Both the position numbers and the translations under genes were made by a program. From positions 112,096,001-112,160,000 of the forward strand of contig OZ024742.1 in NCBI GenBank assembly GCA_964016885.1: a stretch of DNA of 64,000 bases, written 5' to 3'. The notes below the pieces were generated by a model that saw only the letters and a program-made list of their open reading frames with translations, was not told where the DNA came from and ran no database searches. The DNA comes from Eledone cirrhosa. Its lineage: Eukaryota. This document shows positions 1-13,791 of the stretch, in pieces. The first letter of the stretch is position 1, and the number at the start of each line of letters is the position of its first letter.

Positions 1-29
1 AAATATTTATTAAAATAAATAAAGAGTTT

Positions 30-95
30 CATAAGATCTCGTTAAGGGTGAAAGCAGCGATTCTTTGCTTAAACTTTAATCTGTTATTTTAATAA
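30..95 (+). repeat. Degenerate hammerhead-like repeat remnant (family A), related to 61906-61980
   Basis: cataagatctcgttaagggtgaaagcagcgattctttgcttaaactttaatctgttatttt aligns with cagatgatcccgttacgggtgaaatcagcgattatttgcttaaattttaatccgttatttt at about 61907. Confidence 0.6.
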
Positions 96-159
96 ATATA
101 CATTATATATATATATATATATTATATATATATATTATATATATATATATATATTATTT

Positions 160-296
160 AGTCCGGAAATAGCAGTCAAAACGGCTTGACTTCTGCCGTC
201 GGGGTCACACTTGCTCCTATTTCCCACTCTACTACCCTAAGTATTGAGTACTCTGGTGCGTTATGGTCCATCTGGTTCCTTAACACAATTTCTTTG

Positions 297-298
<2 letters not shown>
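160..298 (+). repeat. Fragment of the 350-bp repeat family B (reverse complement of about 61213-61320 and 61563-61670)
   Basis: ctcctatttcccactctactaccctaagtattgagtactctggtgcgttatggtccatctggttccttaacacaatttctttgtt matches the reverse complement of gaacaaagaaagtg...cttagggtggtagagtgggtaatagg; both sides are (AT)n. Confidence 0.7.
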
Positions 299-364
<66 letters not shown>

Positions 365-455
365 TATATATATATGTATATCTATATTATATATATATAT
401 ATATTATATATATACATATATATTATAAATATATTTTATATATTTATATTACATA

Positions 456-502
<47 letters not shown>

Positions 503-719
503 TAGATATAGATAGGTAAATAAACACGGGTGTGTATGATTGTGTAGAGAAGATTATATTAATAAGAGGAATTCCAACTTTGTCTGATTTACTCGTTTCA
601 TTTACAATCCTTTAAAATATATATAATATGGTATTATAATGATTTCTTTATTAACCACAAGGGTCTATATGGTATTATAATGAAATAGTATGATAGAATA
701 TTAAATTCTAAGTGTTAAT

Positions 720-758
720 TGAACAAGTACTTTCATGCTTTCGCAATCTTCAGGTTCA
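720..758 (-). ncRNA. Minimal type I hammerhead ribozyme motif
   Basis: Minus strand tgaac-CTGAAGA-ttgcgaaagcat-GAAA-gtac-TT-gttca: stem I tgaac/gttca, stem II tgc-gaaa-gca, palindromic stem III. Confidence 0.7.
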
Positions 759-871
759 TGATATGTGGTGACAGTCGAGTTTGCAATTTTCAACTGAATG
801 CAATAATATTCAACTGAATCCAATAATCAACTGCAGTTGAAAATTGCAAACTCGACTGTCACCACATATCA

Positions 872-910
872 TGAACCTGAAGATTGCGAAAGCATGAAAG
901 AACTTGTTCA
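872..910 (+). ncRNA. Minimal type I hammerhead ribozyme motif (stem III palindrome mutated)
   Basis: tgaac-CTGAAGA-ttgcgaaagcat-GAAA-gaac-TT-gttca. Confidence 0.6.
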
Positions 911-1135
911 ATTAACACTTAGAATATAATATTCTATCATACTATTTCATTATAATACCATATTATATATATTTTAAAGGATTGTAAATAAAACGAGTAA
1001 ATCAGACAAAGTTGGAATTCCTCTTATTAATATATATATATATATATACATATATAGATATATTATATATATATTAAATATATATATGTATATTATATAT
1101 ATATTTATATATATATATATATATACAAATTATTT

Positions 1136-1322
1136 GGTGGATTGGCAGTATCGTTAGTGGGTCAGACACATTGCTTTCCAGTGTAGTTACGTCCCTTAAC
1201 GATCCGAGTTCAAATCCCGCCGAGGTTAACTCTGCCTTTCATCCTTACGGGGTCGATAAAATAAAGTACCAGCAATGTACTGGATAATTGGTGGCATTGT
1301 GCCAAAATGTAGAAACAATTAT
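1136..1322 (+). mobile_element. tRNA-derived SINE (cephalopod-type)
   Basis: A-box-like tggcagtatcgttag, B-box gagttcaaatccc and central gccgaggttaactctgcctttcatccttacggggtcgataaaataaagtaccag; many copies in this window. Confidence 0.85.
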
Positions 1323-1399
1323 TATATATATATATATTATATTATATATATATATTATACATATATATATTATTATTAAATATATATTATATATATATA

Positions 1400-1445
<46 letters not shown>

Positions 1446-1462
1446 CTATTATATATAATATA

Positions 1463-1568
1463 TCTGAGTTCAAATCCCGCTGATGCTGACTTTGACTTTC
1501 ATCCTTACGGGCTCGATGAAATAAAGTACCAGTAAAGTAACAGTAATGCCAAAAAGTAGAAACAATTA
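1463..1568 (+). mobile_element. SINE, 5'-truncated
   Basis: ctgagttcaaatcccgctgatgctgactttgactttcatccttacgggctcgatgaaataaagtaccag...gtagaaacaatt. Confidence 0.75.
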
Positions 1569-1569
1569 T

Positions 1570-2215
1570 ATATAATATATGTGTTACATAAAATATATGT
1601 GTTATATAAAATATATATATTACATATATATATATTACATAAATATGTATATATATAATTATATATATATATAATATATATTATATATATATCGTATATA
1701 TATATAATATATATTATATATATATAATATATATTATATATATATACAATATATTATATATATATAATTTATATTATATATCACTATAATATATATTGTA
1801 TATATATAAAATATATTATATATATATATAATTTATATTATATATCTATGTAATATATATTATATATATATAATATAATATATATATAATATATATTATA
1901 TATCTATATAATATATTATATATATATAATATATATATATAATTTCTATTACATATCTATATGATATATTATATATATCTATATAATATATTATATATAT
2001 ATGTAATATATTATATATATATATATTATATATATATATAATCTATATTATATATGTATATAATATATTATATATATATACATATATATATAATATATTA
2101 TATATCTATATATATATTATACATATATATAATATATATTATATATGTATATAACATATTATATATATATATATATATAATATATTATATATATATGTAT
2201 TATATTATATATATA

Positions 2216-2299
<84 letters not shown>

Positions 2300-2549
2300 T
2301 ATTATATATATATATATATATTATATATTATATATATATTATATTATATATATATATTATATATTATATATTATATATATATATTATATATATATATATA
2401 TATTATATATTATATATTATATATATATATTATATATATATATATATTATATTATATATATATATATATTATATTATATATATATATACATATTATATTA
2501 TATATATAATATATTATATATATAATATATTATATATATATATATATAT
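1570..2549. repeat. Degenerate (AT)n microsatellite array
   Basis: Read directly from the sequence. Confidence 0.95.
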
Positions 2550-3857
2550 TGGGTACTGAGACAGCTACTAGACAGCTCACATGTAGACGTGATATATCTT
2601 GACTTTGCGAAGGCCTTTGACAAGGTCGACCACGGAATGATATGTCACAAACTACACGGACTCGGCATAACTGGAAAAGTAGGTGAGTGGCTGCATGGCT
2701 TCCTGAGGGACAGAAGCCAGGCAGTCGCAGCAAATGGGGCCCTCTCGAGGGAAACACCGATAACAAGTGGGGTGCCTCAGGGGACAGTCCTGGGACCACT
2801 ACTGTTTTTGGTGGCTCTCTCGGACATGCCCTCTGTGGTGCATGCAACAACATCCCTCACTAGCTATGCTGATGACACTAAGGTAGCACAGGCAATCAAA
2901 AACCCGGCTGACGCTGCCCTCTTACAGCAGGATCTGGATGCCATATACAGATGGGCGGAAGAAAACAACATGCAGTTTAATGCTGGCAAATTCCAAGCCC
3001 TACAATACAAACCTGCAAACACAAACACAAATATAGCGGAACACAGCTACACAGGACCAGGAGGGACCGATATCCCCGTGTCAAAATCGATACGAGACCT
3101 GGGCATAGACATGAGCGATGATGCATCTTTTTCTTCACACATCATGAAGGTGGCGACAGCATGTAGACGATTCGCTGGCTGGATCTTGAGGACTTTCCTT
3201 ACAAGAGATCGAGACACCATGTTGACACTGTGGAGGACTTTTGTCCTAAGCCGCCTGGACTACTGCTCCCAGCTGTGGTCACCCCATAGTGTCAAACTAA
3301 CCACAGAGCTTGAGGCAATCCAGCGAAGCTACACCAAGAGGATTGCCAAGATGAGGGAGACAAGCTACTGGGAGAGGCTGAAGGAACTGAACCTCTACTC
3401 CTTGGAGCGAAGACGGGAGAGATACGCAGTGATCTACATGTGGAAAATCCTGGAGGGACTAGCACCAAACTTTGGCATTGGGAGCTGGACCAACCGTCGA
3501 ACAGGACGTCACTGTGTGGTGCCAAAGGTCCCGTCTTCCACATCTAGAATAAGGAGCAGGTATTGCAATAGCCTGGGATTCAAGGGCCCTCAACTCTTCA
3601 ACAGGCTGCCGAGGCATCTGCGAGACTTGCATGACGTGGAGGTGGATGTCTTTAAGAAACATCTCGACACCTTGTTATCCAGGATCCCGGATGAGCCCAC
3701 AGCAAGACACGAGGGAAACCTAAGGGCAGCAGCAACAAACTCCCTCCTACACCAGTGGCCAACCTATACAGGCTGGAGATAAAATGTGTAGCAACAAGGG
3801 CGGTGCCCCAGCATGGCCTCAGCCGGATGGCTGAAAAAGGTAAAAGAGTAAAAGAGT
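2550..3857 (+). mobile_element. 5'-truncated CR1-group non-LTR retrotransposon inserted in (AT)n
   Basis: RT ORF, then a short 3' UTR with a tcagcc-ggat-ggctga stem-loop and a (aaaagagt)n-like tail; abrupt joins to (AT)n on both sides. Confidence 0.85.
2589..3782 (+). CDS. Reverse transcriptase and C-terminal domain of a CR1-group LINE ORF2 (N-terminally truncated, frame intact)
   Basis: YLDFAKAFDKVDH, SGVPQGTVLGPLLF, YADDTK, CSQLWSP and LEAIQR...YWERLKELNLYSLERRR motifs. Confidence 0.9.
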   Translation: MIYLDFAKAFDKVDHGMICHKLHGLGITGKVGEWLHGFLRDRSQAVAANGALSRETPITSGVPQGTVLGPLLFLVALSDMPSVVHATTSLTSYADDTKVAQAIKNPADAALLQQDLDAIYRWAEENNMQFNAGKFQALQYKPANTNTNIAEHSYTGPGGTDIPVSKSIRDLGIDMSDDASFSSHIMKVATACRRFAGWILRTFLTRDRDTMLTLWRTFVLSRLDYCSQLWSPHSVKLTTELEAIQRSYTKRIAKMRETSYWERLKELNLYSLERRRERYAVIYMWKILEGLAPNFGIGSWTNRRTGRHCVVPKVPSSTSRIRSRYCNSLGFKGPQLFNRLPRHLRDLHDVEVDVFKKHLDTLLSRIPDEPTARHEGNLRAAATNSLLHQWPTYTGWR

Positions 3858-4154
3858 ATATAAATTATATATATATATTATATATATATATATATAATAT
3901 AAAATATATATTTATATTATCTATATATTATATATATATATTATATATATATTATATATATAAATTATATATATATTTACTATATTATATATATATATAT
4001 TATATATATATATATATATATCATATATATATATATTATATATCTATATATATAATATATTATATATATATAATTTATTATATATATATAATATACTATA
4101 TATATATATATATTATATATATATATATATTATATATATATTAATATTATATAT

Positions 4155-4208
<54 letters not shown>

Positions 4209-4217
4209 TATTAATAT

Positions 4218-4271
<54 letters not shown>

Positions 4272-4278
4272 TATATAT

Positions 4279-4325
<47 letters not shown>

Positions 4326-4337
4326 AATATATATATA
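3858..4337. repeat. Degenerate (AT)n array
   Basis: Read directly from the sequence. Confidence 0.95.
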
Positions 4338-5755
4338 GACAAACACTACTGGAATTTCAAAATGAATACTGGACCAGAAACACATATAGCAATCTATTCG
4401 ACATTACTATGGGCTCAAGTGATTCTGCCCAAAGTGACTCTTGTGGGCCTCTTTCTCCTTTTTAACATAAATGCTTCCTTTCCCCACCTTAAAGGTGGTT
4501 TATATCGTGACGACTGTCTTCTTCTTTCCAATAACATTAGCCTTTCAGAGATTGAAAAAAATAGAAGACTTATTAGAACTTTCCTCAAAGAATATTATAA
4601 TCTAGATATTACATTTGAAAACACAAGTAAAGTAGTTAATTTCCTTGATATAACATTAGACTTATCTACGGGTATCTACCAACCTTACCATAAACCTAAC
4701 CAAAACTTACATTACATAGACTCACAATCTAATCACCCTAAATCTATCCTTAAATACCTAGCATATAATATCTCACTCAGAATTTCTAAACTTTCGTCTA
4801 ACCAGGATGTATTTGATAAAAATGCGACCTTTTATAACGAAGCTTTAGCTAGAAGTGGCCACAAAAATAAATTAGTATATATACCTTGTACCAATAACAC
4901 TACAAACATACAACCTAATATTACCAACAAACACCAAATAAAACATACACACCTAAATGCCACTCACACTATACATAAAAATACCAACATAAAACTAAAT
5001 TTCTCTAACTCTTCTAATATACAATATAGTAACTCTCAAAAAACTATTCATCCTACTACTCTAATAAATGTTAATAATAAAACTCCTAATTTAACAAGCT
5101 AAAACACCTAAATCAATGAATCTAACTAAAAATGTGTGGTGAAGTTATTAACAATAATTCTCTTAATAAACATCAGGATACATCCTATACAAATAATAAA
5201 CAACATCGAAACCGTAATAGACGAGTTACGTGGTATAATGCTCCATTTAATTTACAAATTAAAGATAATATACCTAAACAATTTTTTACTATCCTAGAGA
5301 AGAACTTCCCGCCAAACCACAAATAGCATCAAATTTTAAATAGATCAACGGTTAAATTCTCCTACTCAACAACCAAAAACATAAAACAAAATATAAGTGC
5401 CTATAATGCATATAAATGTAAAAAAACCATGAGTATACCACCAATACATTAAACTAACCATAATATCTCCTCTGATACAGGATTCACGAAAAGTTGTAAC
5501 TGTAGAAACAAAGCAAATTGCCCATTAAAAGGAAATTGCCTTGTTAATAACACAGTATATAAATGTAAAGTTAACACTAAGGACTCAATTTATTCATATA
5601 TAGGAGCAACCTCTAACCAATTTAAAGTAAGATTTAATACCCACAAACAGTTTTAAAAATGCCGCATTAGCTAATACAACATCTTTAGCTGAAATAATTA
5701 ATAATTATAGAAAGAGAAATATAGATTATGACCTGACCTGGAGTCTGCTCAAGAA
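4338..5755 (+). mobile_element. Penelope-like element remnant (RT core, thumb and GIY-YIG; disrupted)
   Basis: FDITMG.., GGLYRDD, VNFLDITLDL, YHKPN...SNHP, WYNAPF and CNCRNKANCPLKGNCL..VYKC..YIGAT..FKVRF motifs, broken by frameshifts and stops. Confidence 0.85.
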
Positions 5756-6154
5756 TATTTGCAACACGAATTGGCGCGAAACTTATTTTAATACCGCTGG
5801 AGCCACTTTTTTCACGTAAAAAAACACGTAGAATCTCCAAAACTAATCAGATTAGAGCAAACATCACGGACGCTCTATATTAAAATTATTTTTGAAAAGC
5901 GTTAGAAATGCGCAACCGGTAAAACTTAAAACCAAAACTGTATACTAAACAATAATATTACTAATTCTCACTTATTCCTAATTAAACTATTTTTCACTGT
6001 GAACAATTGGTCAGCATTTTCTTTTCCGTTTACCAATATATATCATATATATATATGTATATATATTTTATTTATACGGAGATGAAGATTATTTCGCAGT
6101 TCACAGTAATAATAATATTAGCTCAGAGAGGAATAGAGAATTTTCTTGTGAGCT

Positions 6155-7788
<1,634 letters not shown>

Positions 7789-7961
7789 AAAATACAATAT
7801 GTTGAAAAGGTAACACACCGGAGAGAGATATACAGTGCGCTATCAATAAAACAGGGAAAAACCACCAGCGTATGGAATCTATAACCTATGAAAGGCAGAC
7901 TATAGACACGATAATTAAAAATATAAATTAAAGCGTAAATAAATACCTCTATAACTATATA

Positions 7962-8041
7962 ACACACGTACAAATCCAAAGAATTGTTTCGCCAGTAATT
8001 TATTGACAGAAATGGAATAACCTCGGTCTATCAGCGTGTGT
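7962..8041 (-). ncRNA. Type I hammerhead motif with altered core (CTGATAG)
   Basis: Minus strand acacacg-CTGATAGA-ccgagg...ctggc-GAAA-caattctttggatttg-TA-cgtgtgt; perfect 7-bp stem I. Confidence 0.55.
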
Positions 8042-8502
8042 AAGGCTAGACATTACAGACAAAACTAATAGAATTTTAAAAGTGACTGTCCAGCTACACG
8101 TGGGAGAGAGAAGTCACAGCGTGTTTAACGGCAGTGAACCAGTGGCCTCTGATGGACGAGCTGCTAAAAGTGAAGCCCAAAACCACTCATAGAAGTGTCC
8201 TCAACCAAACAGAGAAATAGGAAGACTGTTATGAAGAGCGAACTATCACGATATATTTTAACGGAGCCATAGGCACTGGTTATTCCCTGTAAATAATGTG
8301 CTCAAAGGTGAAGAAATCCTGAGCTCTTTAAAATACAATATGTTGAAAAGGTAACACACCAGAGAGAGATATACAGTGCGCTATCAATAAAATAGGGAGA
8401 AACCACCAGTGTATGGAATCTATAACCTATGAAATGCAGACTATAGACACGACAATTAAAAATATAAATTAAAGCGTTAATAAATACCTCTATAACTATA
8501 TA

Positions 8503-8582
8503 ACAAACGTACAAACTCAAAGAGCTGTTTCGCCAGTAATTGGTTGACAGAAATGGAATAACCTCGGTTCATCAGCGTGTGT
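8503..8582 (-). ncRNA. Type I hammerhead ribozyme motif with GUA cleavage triplet
   Basis: Minus strand acacacg-CTGATGA-accgagg...ctggc-GAAA-cagctctttgagtttg-TA-cgtttgt; stem III ca-gctc/gagt-t-tg. Confidence 0.65.
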
Positions 8583-8893
8583 AAGGCTATACATTTCAGA
8601 CAACACTAAGAGAATTTTAAAAGTGACTGTCCAGCTACACGTGGGAGAGAGATGTCACAGCGTTTTTAAGGGCAGTGAACCAGTGGCCTCTGATGGACGA
8701 GCTGCTAGAATGCGCAGCCCAAAACCACTCAGAGAAATGTGCTCAACCAAACAGAGAGCGCACTGGTGTATCTCTCTCTGGTGTGTTACCTTTTCAACAT
8801 ATTGTATTTTAAAGAGCTCAGGATTTCTTCTCCTTTGAGCACATTATTTACAGGGAATAGCGAGGGCCTATGGCTCCGTTAATTTATCGTGAT

Positions 8894-9408
<515 letters not shown>

Positions 9409-10299
9409 GTGTGTAAGTGTCTGTGTGAGTGGGTGTCTGTGTACTGTGAGTGTGTGTCTCTGTGTGTCGTTATATCACTACCACCAGTGAATTGCAGAGT
9501 AAGACGTGATTTTCTTTTTGAATCAACGCAGTTAGACGTATTTGCGAATAATTGATTGAATTCGTTTGCATATTCATATATCGATTATATGCTGGCAATC
9601 CTACGTATGTCTATATTTACGTATGTATGTACGGATATTTTACTACTTACAAACACAGTCGCACACATACACACACACATCTGTATGTGTCTGTGTTCAT
9701 GTGTGTGTGAGTGTCTGTGCCTGTGTGCTATTAATGTATTGTTAACTGAATATATTACAGACGTATTTCAAATGCCAACAATGTGGCGTTATTCATGAAA
9801 TATAATGATGTCGTAATGCGTCTTGTATAGTAAATTTCTTACCCATAAAATGTTTGTTCATATTTTCCTAAATATTCTTACATATAAATTGCTTTGTATC
9901 TTTTCATAGCGAACATAGGTATTACACTTTGATACCACATATGCCATCATTCCAACTACACTAATTAGTAAACTTCATTTAACGTTATTGATTTTAAACT
10001 TCCATTTGCATCGATCACAATATAAACTATTAATCCTCAGCATCTAACGATGGCGATCAATCATAGCGATATTCCAATAGAACCGTTTCATTGAGCTTGA
10101 TTATGAACATTTATTTAAATGTGACAAAATTCTATTATGGCACGTTAATATTCGTTACATGAAATGGCAATGAATATACGGACAATTTAATACATACATG
10201 CTAAAATATTATATTTTTATTGACATACGTATTCTAATGGAAGCGAACATATAATTTAGAGTGATGATATTTTAAAAATTGTATTTCATATCTAGGAGC

Positions 10300-11322
10300 T
10301 GTGACGAATCTCTCGGAGGCTAATGTCACAAAAGCAGTTAAAAAACGCAAATGAGGCAAGGCCACATGGAGATGAAATACGGCCCGAGAAATGCAAGCCT
10401 TAAAAAGCTAATTTACTCTCTGGATGAATCATGTGTGCCGGGGGGCCTGGATCTCTGGAAGGTCACCTAGGTTAGGGCAATCAGGAGTGATAATCCTAAT
10501 TTTCAAACAGGGAGACAAGAAAGACTGTGCCAATTATAGAGGGATATACTTATTAAGTTTCCTCGGTAAAGTCTGTGATAAGTGCCTGACAAAGAGATGC
10601 AAAGAGGTGTTCGATACCAAGCTACTCGAGTCGTTGCAAAAACTAAGACACCCTTACTCTCAAGGAAGCTTGCGCAGTGCATTCTACATGGGAACGGAGT
10701 TCCACAGAAGCAGGTAGAGAAGTTGGAGTATCCCGGAGTCCTGTTCGCGAGCGATTGAAAGAGGTTGCTGAATTTAGTGCCTTAATTGCAGAAGCAATTG
10801 TAGTAATGCGCCAGCTGGAACCTTCGTTAATCGTCACGAAGAAGGGAGGTAGATGTAAAAGCCATACTCGCTAACAACAATTCGGTATTTGTGCGAACCC
10901 TTAATTATGGTCATGGGTAATGACTGAAAGAATATGATCGTGAATACAAGCGGCCCAAACAGGGTTTCTCCGAAGTGTCTTTGGAGTAACGTTACTCAAT
11001 AGTGCATAGCTCGGAGATATGTGTGACACTCCAGCTAGATCCCGCTATTTCTGGGAATTGAGAAATCAAAGCTCCGATACTATGGACATGTGGTTAGAAT
11101 GCCCCTGGAAAGAATTGATAGGCAGAATTGGCGGTCAAAAACCAAACAACAAATATCCTAGGCTTAGCCCACTATCAAGATGGTTGGATACCATCCATAA
11201 GCTTGGCTGGTCTCGTTTGGAGTTCCAGCCGGATCAGTCTCTGACAGGACCCGCTGGAAGAAGTGTATGAGAACCTTCCACAACGCCTTTTCTGGAATAA
11301 GTGGGCGAAGAAAAAGAAAAAA
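10300..11322 (+). mobile_element. Degraded RTE-clade-like LINE remnant (internally deleted)
   Basis: GVIILIFKQGDKKDCANYRGIYLLS RT N-terminal motif; shares gagttccagccggatcag and ggaggtagatgtaaaa with 41455-42416; tail ggcgaagaaaaagaaaaaag. Confidence 0.7.
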
Positions 11323-11339
11323 GGATACACACAAATGCT

Positions 11340-12447
11340 TAGTTCATTAATTGGTAAAAATGATGAGTTGTACTGCGAAATAGAGCGGGGAGAATGATGC
11401 AGCAGTTTACGTAGCTGCAAACAAAGCTGGCAATAGTTGTAGCACCAAACATGACGAAATCAACAACAGCAATTACAACAACAACAGCAAACAAATCATA
11501 TTTGAAGATTTCGTCCAAATACTATTGCCGGACGACATAATTGATAATGTACAGAAATGTACAATCATTTATAAATACATATCTATGCAGAAAACGCCGG
11601 GAGCGACCCTCTAATTAGGAAGCTTAACATGTATTAAAGGAGATATGGACAAAAGGCTTTTGTCTCGGGAGGAAGAGAATACGGGACGATAGAAGTGAGA
11701 TTCTTATCAGAATTCAAAGCGAAGGCTCATTGAAGCAACCCCTTAACGTTCAAGAGTTTTTTGCTTATCCTAAATACGTAACAAAGGTTGCAGTACAAAA
11801 TCGACCACCCGAGATAAAATCCCTGGGCTAGTAGGAGCCACCCTGGAGGACAAAGAGGATAATAAAACGTCCTCAATTTAAAAAATCATGTCAGGAGATT
11901 TGAAGTAGTTTGGGGAAGAAGCTTTTGCTCCAAATAAATCAGCTAAAGCTACGAAGGGTTCCTTATATCATCAAATGCAAAACCCCCACAATTACCAACA
12001 CACAAGCCGCAGCAGCAACAACACCGCAACCACTACCATTAATGCCACAACAAACACGGCATACACGAACAACATTCCAAACACATCCAAATCTACATCC
12101 ACAACAAGAAAATCAAATCCAATAGAAAAATACAACCCTCACTCACTATAAAGTAATAAACATAAATAAACTAAAAGTAATCAAAATGCATTTCAGAAAC
12201 ATATCATAAAATCCCCAAAAGTTCGCAGTACCCAAATACATAAAAAACATAAACAAAGATGTACACAAATTTAAAAACAAAATTCCTTGAAGCAATTAGT
12301 GAATACTGAAGGACACTCACCAGAAGGACATACGGAGACATCTTCGGAAACGAAACCAAATGTGGCCATAGGGATGGACGTTTGCACTTGCCCTCAAATG
12401 AGCACAATCACGAACAGGTGCATACACGACAGCCTTCACCTCATGCA
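11340..12447 (+). mobile_element. Degraded, internally deleted Tx1/L1-like remnant (ORF1 pieces joined to an RT fragment)
   Basis: SGGREYGTIEVRF resembles TRGKKYATVDVLF of the 21790-27817 ORF1; TITNRCIHDSLHLM resembles CAIPDRSIHDNLHLM of its RT; CAA-rich tracts. Confidence 0.6.
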
Positions 12448-13458
12448 ACATGACTCTCCCAAAATATGAAATTATTTATTTCAATTCACGATTCCACATG
12501 AACAATCTCGCCAAAGATTCTTTATGTGAATTCGTTTATATAAATTGGATCATATTGTATGAAGTCGAGGCTGGTGTGTATGTGCCTATTCGGGATTATG
12601 CACATTTCAGAGCAAGCGCAAACTTCTTTGTTTAGTCCTTGGCCAAAAGCCTACACTGTGTGTTGGGCTTAATTATCGCTCCCTTATTCAACTCTCTCAT
12701 CATTCGTGCTTTCACTTCACGACTTACAGAAATGGGAAATGTTATCCATTCTTAGAAATGTCTAAGTATGAGAGACAAATAACCTTTAATTAACACACAC
12801 ATACACACACACGCACACGCACACACACACACCCACATCCACCCACCCACACACACAAACACATACATATATGTATATAAGGAACCTAACCAACAAATGA
12901 ATGCCTTTCTGCGATCACAAAATAGATTACTGAAATTTAGTATTCCTTTCTAGATGTGTCTTTTGTTATGTATTTGTGTTGAATAGCGCATCATTAGTCA
13001 ATGAAAATAGTCAGTATCACTTGGATTACAATGTTCACCTGATGAGAATTGATACCGGTGGCTGTTTCCAAACTGTGGTCATAATATTTTTTCTATGTCG
13101 GACACATAAACGTCCTATATCCAACTATCGTGGTATGGAGGTGTTCGGATTCCTATCCTGGAGTAGCAGTTGATATGAAAATTCTAGATCGTCAAAGCCC
13201 ACGCAAATGCATGCATATGTGCAGCTTCAATGAATGAAATATCTATCTTCTGAACGTCATGACTTTCCACAGGGAAAAATAAAGTCGGATGTATTTTTCA
13301 CGAGACCTCATGCCTATATACATAACTTCGACCAGAAGTACACACACACATACACATGTAAACTTACACACACATACACATATATATGTGCGTATATAAA
13401 TAAATATATTTATATATGCATTATATAAATCCACACACATCTACGTATATATGTTCCA

Positions 13459-13459
<1 letters not shown>

Positions 13460-13504
<45 letters not shown>

Positions 13505-13516
13505 TATATAATAATA

Positions 13517-13586
<70 letters not shown>

Positions 13587-13625
13587 TCGTATATGTATGT
13601 ATATATAAATATATATATATACTCG

Positions 13626-13661
<36 letters not shown>

Positions 13662-13664
13662 CAC

Positions 13665-13717
<53 letters not shown>

Positions 13718-13723
13718 CGTATA

Positions 13724-13791
<68 letters not shown>

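Larger units (their letters stand above)
518..1034. mobile_element. Palindromic (foldback) non-autonomous element C, copy 1, with a hammerhead motif in each arm
   Basis: Inverted arms at about 555-796 and 834-1034; spacer built from tcaactgaat(g/c)caataat duplications; second copy at 60748-61170; flanked by (AT)n. Confidence 0.85.
7789..8893 (-). mobile_element. Retrozyme-like or Penelope-pLTR-like non-autonomous element: 541-bp tandem unit x1.8 plus an inverted terminal segment
   Basis: aaaatacaatatgttgaaaaggtaacacacc recurs at 7789 and 8330; 8757-8893 is an inverted copy of about 8245-8382; one HHR motif per unit; flanked by (AT)n. Confidence 0.8.

Noticed and set aside
6078-6125. gag-ATGAAGA-ttatt...aataa-...ctc hammerhead-like pattern downstream of the 4338-5755 Penelope
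   Set aside because: Both core strands deviate (no C3, no GAAA), so it is too degenerate to call.
13039-13082. CTGATGA-gaa...ttc-CAAAC-tgtg-GTC
   Set aside because: G12 is missing and no stem I can form; likely chance or fully decayed.
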